IMG/VR virus record: IMGVR_UViG_3300043172_000336
Location: 1-58,377 of that record
Strand: one strand, 5' to 3'
DNA: 58,377 nucleotides
Source: a virus
Lineage: Duplodnaviria; Caudoviricetes
Below are positions 1 to 6,173 of this stretch, piece after piece. The notes under the pieces are model-generated. The model ran no database searches. It was given only the letters and a program-made list of their open reading frames with translations, and was not told where the DNA came from. The position numbers were made by a program, and so were the translations under genes. How positions within the stretch are numbered: position 1 is the stretch's first letter; each line of letters starts with the position of its first letter.

Positions 1-50
1 ATGAACGCGCCGACCACCACCAGCGTGATAACGCTTAGCGTCTTGTTCAC
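1..50 (-). CDS. 5' fragment of a small hydrophobic protein, truncated by the window edge
   Basis: GTG at 50 overlaps the TGA of the upstream gene (GTGA); reads MNKTLSVITLVVGAF... to the window end. Confidence 0.4.
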   Translation of the reverse strand, partial: MNKTLSVITLVVVGAF

Positions 51-241
51 AGGTGCAAGAGAGCATCGACTTCAGCTTGCGCCGAGTCCATCTCTCTCAC
101 CATTGCGTAGTATGACGGACAGAACTGCGATAGCCCCTGCCTGTCACTACCCGTGAATCGCTCAGCACTCTCAGTCAGGTGCTTGAGCTTACGCAACTTG
201 CGCCTTGCGACTAACAACAACAACCTATTTCGTATCTTCAT
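47..241 (-). CDS. hypothetical protein (early region)
   Basis: ATG at 241 with GGAGGTG RBS; basic helical protein MKIRNRLLLLVARRKLRK. Confidence 0.7.
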   Translation of the reverse strand: MKIRNRLLLLVARRKLRKLKHLTESAERFTGSDRQGLSQFCPSYYAMVREMDSAQAEVDALLHL

Positions 242-362
242 CAATGTCACCTCCACCAAGCAAGGTGTACGCAATCTTCAATGTATAAAGAAAGAGCCAC
301 CTTAATAATAGAATCCCGAACGCTACTCGGAAGCCACCCCATAACAGATCAGTCCACTCCAT
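225..362 (-). CDS. 45-aa hydrophobic protein (not in ORF track)
   Basis: TGATG coupling to the upstream gene, GAGGTG RBS; MEWTDLLWGGFRVAFGILLLRWLFLYTLKIAYTLLGGGDIDEDTK; fills the gap between neighbours. Confidence 0.65.
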   Translation of the reverse strand: MEWTDLLWGGFRVAFGILLLRWLFLYTLKIAYTLLGGGDIDEDTK

Positions 363-619
363 CACGCCACCTCGTTGCAGTAATGTCGGGCGTGTTCTTC
401 GGCCTGTCTCATGTTCATGTAGGGATAGAGCCTGCGAATCTCATCCTCAACTTGAAACACAATCGTGGGCTTGGGGAAGTTAACTGCCCAACTTCGCCAC
501 TGGTTGATCAGGTTTATGTCATTGTCGGTGACTCTACCTAACATGAGCGCGAGCGCAGTATTGATATCTTCCTGCCGTTGCTTGCGCTTGAGTTTGTTTC
601 GTCTGTGTGCTGTCGTCAT
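362..619 (-). CDS. hypothetical protein
   Basis: GGAGAGG RBS, ATGA overlap with the upstream gene. Confidence 0.7.
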   Translation of the reverse strand: MTTAHRRNKLKRKQRQEDINTALALMLGRVTDNDINLINQWRSWAVNFPKPTIVFQVEDEIRRLYPYMNMRQAEEHARHYCNEVA

Positions 620-837
620 TTGTCCTCTCCTACAAAGTGTTTGTACATACGTATATTATCCAGACGTAATCGATAGTCGCGCCAGTAATTTACTATCTCA
701 ACCTCGCGCAGATACGGTATGTCTGGGTCTAGGTGCCTGATTGTTTCGCGTGCGCGTACGTCCTGTACGTGCATTGAACCGAGTGTAAGATCAAGCAACG
801 TACACCAGTCCTCTAAGCTCAACGCTGCGTGACTCAT
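616..837 (-). CDS. hypothetical protein
   Basis: Start reassigned to ATG 837 (MSHAALS), which gives an ATGA overlap with the upstream gene. Confidence 0.65.
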   Translation of the reverse strand: MSHAALSLEDWCTLLDLTLGSMHVQDVRARETIRHLDPDIPYLREVEIVNYWRDYRLRLDNIRMYKHFVGEDK

Positions 838-1082
838 GGCCGACCCACAAGGGCACTGATCACAGCCGTGTCTACTTTGTACCACCCTGCCAGACACGAG
901 CGCGTGTAGTCACCTGTTGCCCACAAGTCGCGGATCAATTGCTTCCGGTCATCATCCATTATGATTCCGTTGACCGTATGCAGATGCAACTTGAATGCCA
1001 TCGCTATCTTGGTTGGGTGCCACCCTGCCTTGTGCAACGTCTGCACCCCGTGATTTACCATTCGTCCTAGTTTCTTAGCCAT
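834..1082 (-). CDS. small protein with two putative helix-turn-helix motifs
   Basis: GWHPTKIAMAFKLHLHTVNGII and GDYTRSCLAGWYKVDTAVISALV fit HTH spacing; AGGAGAGG RBS. Confidence 0.6.
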   Translation of the reverse strand: MAKKLGRMVNHGVQTLHKAGWHPTKIAMAFKLHLHTVNGIIMDDDRKQLIRDLWATGDYTRSCLAGWYKVDTAVISALVGRP

Positions 1083-1110
1083 GATCCTCTCCTATCATCG
1101 TTAACTAAAT

Positions 1111-1130
1111 TGTTACACAGCTGTGTAACA
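1111..1130. promoter_or_regulatory. perfect 20-bp palindrome, copy 1 (operator-like)
   Basis: TGTTACACAGCTGTGTAACA, intergenic, upstream of 834-1082(-). Confidence 0.85.
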
Positions 1131-1646
1131 TCACCACACCTTGCCCTCGATCAGCACGCGCTTTGCCAGCATGTGTTGATAGATCGAGTAGCACATCTGT
1201 TCGACTCCCCGCGCCGGGCTGCTGCCCCTGGGTCTAAGGGCGCGAGAGATTAGAATCCATTCAGCCTTGTCAAACTCCGTGCGCCGTGGCACTTCATCAC
1301 GCAAGGTAGCCACATACGCCTCCAGTTTCTGCGCGAGGACGTGCTGACCAGCGGACTCCATTCTGATAACGCTCACCTTTAATGCGCCACGGTACAGCCG
1401 CCACTGTCGCCTGCGTGCTGACGCAAAGGCTGTTGTTTGGAACATGTATACCCAACGCTTGGGCGCATGGTGTTCGGCCACCATTTCCTTGAGCATATTC
1501 TCTTGTTCAAGCGCATCGAATCCGGCCAGCCACTTGGCGTACTTCTTTCGTAACCGGGCCTTGGTTTGCCGCTTTGCTTCGCGCTGTTTGTCTTGCAATG
1601 CCTTAATCTCTCGTTTACGCATCATTACTATCCTCATTGTATTCAT
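1131..1646 (-). CDS. hypothetical basic protein
   Basis: 171-aa ORF co-oriented with neighbours; no family recognised; start uncertain. Confidence 0.65.
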   Translation of the reverse strand: MNTMRIVMMRKREIKALQDKQREAKRQTKARLRKKYAKWLAGFDALEQENMLKEMVAEHHAPKRWVYMFQTTAFASARRRQWRLYRGALKVSVIRMESAGQHVLAQKLEAYVATLRDEVPRRTEFDKAEWILISRALRPRGSSPARGVEQMCYSIYQHMLAKRVLIEGKVW

Positions 1647-1951
1647 TGCGAACCGGGCTTAGGTAATGATAGCCCATGTGCCACCTTGTCTCAACGCATC
1701 TTATCTATCATACCCACATGCCGCCAGTTATAAACACCTATATTGATTTAAGCTCAGACACATAGGCTTCGAGTCTAAGAGACGCTTGGGGGTATATATA
1801 TGTATGTAATGATGGTTATGATAGAGAGCAACCCTGCCACCCGCGTGGTTGAGCCAAACTTCATTGCCGTGATTGCATCTATCATTACCAACGGTATGTT
1901 GCATGATGATAACGAAGTGATAACGCCCCGCGAGGCAACTGGTCATGCCAT

Positions 1952-1971
1952 TGTTACACAGCTGTGTAACA
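1952..1971. promoter_or_regulatory. perfect 20-bp palindrome, copy 2
   Basis: TGTTACACAGCTGTGTAACA in the long 1647-2088 intergenic region. Confidence 0.85.
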
Positions 1972-2009
1972 TGTGTGCCTGCATTTGATCCTCAGTTGCT
2001 AACGCAGGC

Positions 2010-2040
2010 AAAAGAAAACGATCCCGAAGGATCGCTTTCT
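2010..2040 (-). terminator. intrinsic terminator
   Basis: Minus strand AGAAAGCGATCC-TTCG-GGATCGTTTTCTTTT: C(UUCG)G tetraloop plus U-tract, downstream of 2089-2703(-). Confidence 0.85.
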
Positions 2041-2088
2041 CCCATGGCTCTCAAAGTCTTAAGCCTCTGGATTTCCACTCCGCTTGCC

Positions 2089-2703
2089 TTACTTTTTGGC
2101 CGCTTTCTTCTTGGCCTTCGCTTTCGGCATTGACACGTTCAGCTTGCCAGACTCTAACGCGCACGTATACAACTCGGCTCGGAAAGCCTTGTTCAACGCG
2201 GTCATTTTGAGTATGCCGTTGATCGCAATCGCTGCGCGTTTCTTGGACTCCGTTACGCCCAGCTTGTTAGGCGGCGTGCCCTTCGCGGCAATCTGATCCA
2301 CCAATGCTTGCACCGCTGGCTTTATCGAGCCGCCATTCTTTTCGAGATTGCGCGCCAGCGTTACGACATTGTGCCACGTCGCATTGCCATCATTCTTGGC
2401 GCGAAACTTCGTACACACGTCGGCAAGTTGGGCGTACCATGCCAGCACGTTCCGCGTCTCCGACTTGCGGGAGTGTGCGCTGCGACCCTTCCATTCAAAC
2501 ACGTCGGCGATGTTGTTGACCATCGCGGTCAAGTCACCATCCGGTATCGGCTTGCCTTTATAGAACTGTTTGCCACGCGCAACACAAGTATCGATTAGCT
2601 CACCTGTGTTCAGTGCTTTGTTCTTACCATCGACGAACGCTTTACTCATGCCCGTGACGCCAGCGCGTGACTTGATTTCTACCTTGTCTGTTTTCTTAGT
2701 CAT
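2089..2703 (-). CDS. hypothetical protein with Lys/Ala-rich C-terminal tail
   Basis: ATG 2703 with GGAGAGGG RBS; ends KAKAKKKAAKK; followed by a terminator. Confidence 0.8.
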   Translation of the reverse strand: MTKKTDKVEIKSRAGVTGMSKAFVDGKNKALNTGELIDTCVARGKQFYKGKPIPDGDLTAMVNNIADVFEWKGRSAHSRKSETRNVLAWYAQLADVCTKFRAKNDGNATWHNVVTLARNLEKNGGSIKPAVQALVDQIAAKGTPPNKLGVTESKKRAAIAINGILKMTALNKAFRAELYTCALESGKLNVSMPKAKAKKKAAKK

Positions 2704-2727
2704 GTTACCCTCTCCAGTTAACGTGAA

Positions 2728-2747
2728 TGTTACACAGCTGTGTAACA
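2728..2747. promoter_or_regulatory. perfect 20-bp palindrome, copy 3
   Basis: TGTTACACAGCTGTGTAACA, 24 bp upstream of the ATG at 2703(-). Confidence 0.85.
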
Positions 2748-2868
2748 ATTGGCGTACCGTGATCCGGTACTCTCATAACACGCCTCACAGGATGGACAAA
2801 TACACCCCCCCATCGGACCAGAGGGGCACGCGCCCACGCACTCCTACTTACCTCCCCTACATACAGGT

Positions 2869-2903
2869 TTGACACAAAATAAAAGATGTGCGATAAAGGC
2901 ACC
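2869..2903 (+). promoter_or_regulatory. putative sigma70-type promoter containing 25-bp direct repeat copy 1 (2879-2903)
   Basis: TTGACA-17 bp-GATAAA with TG at the extended -10 position; repeat ATAAAAGATGTGCGATAAAGGCACC. Confidence 0.6.
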
Positions 2904-2908
2904 CAGTC

Positions 2909-3283
2909 ATGAAATACACCCGCCTTTTTTATCCAGAGTACCCCCTGGACTTGCTCGACAATAATAAAGTCCGCATCCTGGACCGGATATTGGGGGGTAA
3001 TCGCCGCAGGAGAAGCCGCGAATACAATTCCGCCTGGGGGATTGCAGAGTCGATCAAATTAGAAGGGTTGCACAACCCACTTACAATAGAGTGGTTTTCG
3101 GTTTATCCCAACGAACCCCCCACCTGGAGTGTCCGCGACGGCAACAATCGGTGGCTCGCACTGACCCACTTTCTGAAGCGCGAGACGGCACCGTGTCTTT
3201 TTTTCGTTCTTGCCGATCGAGAACCTCCGCCGGGCGAGTATAAAAATCTGGGGGGTTGCAACGAGATAAAAGATGTGCGATAA
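2909..3283 (+). CDS. stand-alone ParB/sulfiredoxin-like N-terminal domain protein
   Basis: AESIKLEGLHNPLTI ... VRDGNNRWLAL matches the ParB/Srx pattern SI..GL..P ... DGxxR. Confidence 0.7.
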   Translation: MKYTRLFYPEYPLDLLDNNKVRILDRILGGNRRRRSREYNSAWGIAESIKLEGLHNPLTIEWFSVYPNEPPTWSVRDGNNRWLALTHFLKRETAPCLFFVLADREPPPGEYKNLGGCNEIKDVR

Positions 3284-3290
3284 AGGCACC
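3256..3290 (+). promoter_or_regulatory. putative promoter containing 25-bp direct repeat copy 2 (3266-3290)
   Basis: TTGCAA-17 bp-GATAAA; identical 25-mer to 2879-2903. Confidence 0.6.
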
Positions 3291-3314
3291 ATGTGTTTTA
3301 TAGGAGAACCAGGA

Positions 3315-3605
3315 ATGACCGACGGAATCGTACAAGATGGAGGCCACAGCAGCCAGCCGGTTGGGTATGCACAAGATAAACCCGCGATGGATTGGGGTCA
3401 GGCACTCAACCGATTGCAAAATGGGCTGTCAGTATTCCGCACCGGCTGGAACGGCGCGAATCAGTTCCTCACACTTCAGCGTCCCGACGAAAATTCAAAA
3501 ATGACGCTCCCGTACATTTACATTACGACGGTCCAAGGTGACCTGGTGCCCTGGTTGGCATCGCAGACCGATCAGCTCGCAATGGACTGGTGGGTGCGCC
3601 CATGA
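3315..3605 (+). CDS. DUF2829 / Thoeris anti-defence Tad2-family protein
   Basis: MDWGQAL..L..G..V.R.GWNG ... PYIYI ... VPWLASQTDQLAMDW family signature; AGGAG RBS before ATG 3315. Confidence 0.8.
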   Translation: MTDGIVQDGGHSSQPVGYAQDKPAMDWGQALNRLQNGLSVFRTGWNGANQFLTLQRPDENSKMTLPYIYITTVQGDLVPWLASQTDQLAMDWWVRP

Positions 3606-3877
3606 TCGATCCAATTCAATGGCAGGCGATTGCGTGGATTGGCGCGTTTTTACTCGCGCTCTGTGGGGTACCGCAAGCGGCGATGTGTTGGAAGAACGGA
3701 AACGCCAGGGGCATGGACCCGTATTTTCTCGCGATGTGGTTGATGGGCGAGCTTTTAATGTTTGCATATGTCGTCCAAATGGGTGACTGGCCGTTAATGG
3801 CAAATTACGGACTTAATCTTGTTGTCTTGCTGGTAATATGGCGGTATAAACTCTGGCCCCGTAAATACCGACATTAA
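3602..3877 (+). CDS. PQ-loop (SemiSWEET-like) three-helix membrane protein
   Basis: WIGAFLLALCGVPQA...G.S-like loop, three hydrophobic segments, LMANY motif; ATGA overlap. Confidence 0.75.
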   Translation: MIDPIQWQAIAWIGAFLLALCGVPQAAMCWKNGNARGMDPYFLAMWLMGELLMFAYVVQMGDWPLMANYGLNLVVLLVIWRYKLWPRKYRH

Positions 3878-3888
3878 AGGCGACGACG

Positions 3889-4107
3889 ATGAAAATTTTA
3901 CTCCTAGTATTGCTTGCAGTAACCACCCCCGACTTGGCTTATTTGACCGGCCATTTTTACGCGACAAACGGGCAATCGAAATATTGCATTTATTCACAGA
4001 CGGGCAAAGTCCGTATCTACGTAAGAACGGTGGATATGGGCATTGCGTGCCCTGAAACGACCATACTTACTGGCGCTGAGAAGTGGCGCAAAATCAACTA
4101 TACTTAG
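3889..4107 (+). CDS. small putative exported protein
   Basis: MKILLLVLLAV signal-like N-terminus, two Cys. Confidence 0.6.
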   Translation: MKILLLVLLAVTTPDLAYLTGHFYATNGQSKYCIYSQTGKVRIYVRTVDMGIACPETTILTGAEKWRKINYT

Positions 4108-4130
4108 TACCTGAAAAAGGATGACGAATC

Positions 4131-4562
4131 ATGAAAAAGTATTTCCTAGCGGCCATTATTGTGTTTTTCATTGCCGGGTGTAGCACCCTCGGCGCACTTG
4201 GCGATTGGGCCAACGAAAACCCCGCAGTTGCAGACCTGGTCGTGAGCCAGGCGATACATCGGTACATTGACGACGATGTGTTCAAAGCGGCGCGAGTTGT
4301 TGCGTCGATTTCGGCAACAGAGAGATACCTGGAGGGGACCCCTACCGCGACCGTCGATGCACTGCTTCAAGTTCTAAACGCATCGATCGAGTGGGAACAC
4401 TTATCAACTGCCGACCGGATGCTTGTCCGGGACCTGATCGGAGTCGTGCAGATAAACCTCGCACAAAAGCAGGTAGACGGCGAACTTGACCCGGACGAAC
4501 TCATTGGCGTTAAGTCGCTGTTGAGAACTGCGCGTCGGGCGGCTGAGGCATATGCTACTTAA
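4131..4562 (+). CDS. putative lipoprotein
   Basis: MKK-hydrophobic stretch-IAGC lipobox. Confidence 0.8.
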   Translation: MKKYFLAAIIVFFIAGCSTLGALGDWANENPAVADLVVSQAIHRYIDDDVFKAARVVASISATERYLEGTPTATVDALLQVLNASIEWEHLSTADRMLVRDLIGVVQINLAQKQVDGELDPDELIGVKSLLRTARRAAEAYAT

Positions 4563-5010
4563 AGACCCGGCATTCAAAGTCGCCGGGCGAGGTAAATGGC
4601 TCGTCAGCGACCCCATGTTGGTTATATGGAAGCTCTGGCGCGTTACCGTACCGGTGGGGTTCATAACCGACTTTGCAAGCATCCCCCGAATTGGGCGATC
4701 AATTATCCAGAAAGATGGACCCCACCGCCTTCCTGCATTGCTCCACGATTATCTCTATAAACACGCCGGTCGAATTCCCGGTCTCTACTTTGAGCCGAAC
4801 GTGGCATTTCCTAAGAACAAGAAACACAGACATATGGTTACGGTTGACTACACCAGGAAGGATGCAGATGAAGCCTTCCGTGATTTTTTGATCCAGTCCG
4901 CAACAAATAAAACCGTCCGAATCATACTCTATCGATTCGTTCGTATGTTCGGGCAAATGTCGTGGCGAAAACACTGCCGCGCCAAAAAACGCGAGGAAAA
5001 GAATGCCTAG
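4552..5010 (+). CDS. DUF1353 family protein
   Basis: VPVGFITDFASIPR ... ALLHDYLY ... RKDADEAF ... YRFVRMFG signature. Confidence 0.85.
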   Translation: MLLKDPAFKVAGRGKWLVSDPMLVIWKLWRVTVPVGFITDFASIPRIGRSIIQKDGPHRLPALLHDYLYKHAGRIPGLYFEPNVAFPKNKKHRHMVTVDYTRKDADEAFRDFLIQSATNKTVRIILYRFVRMFGQMSWRKHCRAKKREEKNA

Positions 5011-5158
5011 ACAATCAATGAACGGCCATCGAATGCATGTGATCCTTACGGGTCCCCAGCACAAGGCCATAACCAGACTTTCGAACAAATCCGGTTTGAC
5101 CACTTCTGAGCTTATGCGACGAGCAGTTGATGCATACCTGGCGTCGGCAAAGAAATGA
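5003..5158 (+). CDS. ribbon-helix-helix (CopG/Arc-like) DNA-binding protein, 51 aa (not in ORF track)
   Basis: MPRQSMNGHRMHVILTGPQHKAITRLSNKSGLTTSELMRRAVDAYLASAKK; GAGG RBS; ATGA overlap with the next gene. Confidence 0.8.
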   Translation: MPRQSMNGHRMHVILTGPQHKAITRLSNKSGLTTSELMRRAVDAYLASAKK

Positions 5159-5367
5159 AAAAATACATCGCCATGTACATGGTTCCGCAGCGCGTAATTA
5201 TCGATGCAGCTGACCTCGCCGATGCGGTTGCCATTGCCAAAGATAGCGGAGAGGCAGGGGATAAGCTCGATGGGTTTTCACCGAAACTTATGACCGTTGA
5301 AAAGCACCCAGACGTAGAGCAATTGTTTATTCCGCCTGATGCGCCTATGCCTCCGATGGCCGCATAA
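5155..5367 (+). CDS. hypothetical protein
   Basis: 70 aa, coupled to the RHH gene by ATGA. Confidence 0.65.
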   Translation: MKKYIAMYMVPQRVIIDAADLADAVAIAKDSGEAGDKLDGFSPKLMTVEKHPDVEQLFIPPDAPMPPMAA

Positions 5368-5389
5368 AAAAGCCCCAGCGAACTGGGGC
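5366..5389 (-). terminator. intrinsic terminator on the strand opposite the flanking genes
   Basis: Minus strand GCCCCAG-TTCG-CTGGGGC-TTTTTT. Confidence 0.8.
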
Positions 5390-5421
5390 GAGGCAGGCGG
5401 GAGACGACGGCCAAAAGTAAT
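5366..5421 (-). ncRNA. predicted ~56-nt small RNA
   Basis: Lies between a minus-strand promoter (5428-5456) and a minus-strand intrinsic terminator (5366-5389); no start codon inside. Confidence 0.55.
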
Positions 5422-5427
5422 GCGATC

Positions 5428-5456
5428 AGTATAGTAAAGGACAGGGCGGAGATCAA
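5428..5456 (-). promoter_or_regulatory. putative sigma70 promoter
   Basis: Minus strand TTGATC-17 bp-TATACT. Confidence 0.65.
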
Positions 5457-6173
5457 ATGACGAATATTGTTTGCTGGAAATGGGACGACCCCGGCTATGT
5501 ACGCGGGGACAAGCTCCTACCAGAATATTACAATATCCTTTACGCGATGCTGGAGCGGAATATTACACTCCCGGTCTGGGACCTTATCGTGCCCACTGAC
5601 GACACCACCGGCCTTAACCCAAATATCGTTGCGGTTCCGCAACCTTCTTCACTGTCTATACGATCGCCGCACGGTAATCGCTTCCCGGCCTGCTACCGCC
5701 GTCTATGGAACTTCTCGCGTGACGCGCAATACCTTTTCGGCAACCGATTCCTCTGTATAGATGTGGATGTCATTATTGTTCGCAACATCGACGCTATGCT
5801 CACTCGCCCTGAAAAATTCGTTGGGTGGACTGACCCGGACTTTAAGTGGGAGAAAATCGCGGGCGGTCTGTACTACATGCAGGCGGGCGCACATCCCGAA
5901 GTCTGGGATGACTTTGATCCGAAAACTTCACCGGCCATTGCAAAGGCCGACGGCAGACACGGTTCCGACCAGGGCTGGATCTCCCACAAACTTTATCCGC
6001 CCGATGCATCGTTCGGACGCAAAGACGGAGCCTGGTACGCGAAATGGATTCCACCGGGGCTTAATATAACGCCAGCGGAAGTGAAGATCGTCAGCACTCC
6101 AGGTTCAGAGAAACCGTGGCACGAGTCGCTCCAAACTAAACACCCTTGGATCAAGCAGCACTGGAGGCTCTGA
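5457..6173 (+). CDS. GT-A-fold glycosyltransferase-like protein (paralog of 10230-10943)
   Basis: IVCWKW, CYRRL, DxD motif CIDVDVII, GSDQGWI, KPW. Confidence 0.8.
   Translation: MTNIVCWKWDDPGYVRGDKLLPEYYNILYAMLERNITLPVWDLIVPTDDTTGLNPNIVAVPQPSSLSIRSPHGNRFPACYRRLWNFSRDAQYLFGNRFLCIDVDVIIVRNIDAMLTRPEKFVGWTDPDFKWEKIAGGLYYMQAGAHPEVWDDFDPKTSPAIAKADGRHGSDQGWISHKLYPPDASFGRKDGAWYAKWIPPGLNITPAEVKIVSTPGSEKPWHESLQTKHPWIKQHWRL

Noticed and set aside
1728-1988. ORFs 1728-1946(-) and 1800-1988(+)
   Set aside because: No clear RBS, no coupling to neighbours, odd composition; treated as non-coding, though not excluded
1111-2747. Palindromic repeats as a CRISPR array or REP elements
   Set aside because: Copies are ~800 bp apart with whole genes between them; no spacer periodicity and no cas operon
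5112-5456. 114-aa minus-strand ORF with hydrophobic N-terminus
   Set aside because: TTG start coincides with the -35 box, the frame runs through an intrinsic terminator and lies antisense to two better-supported genes
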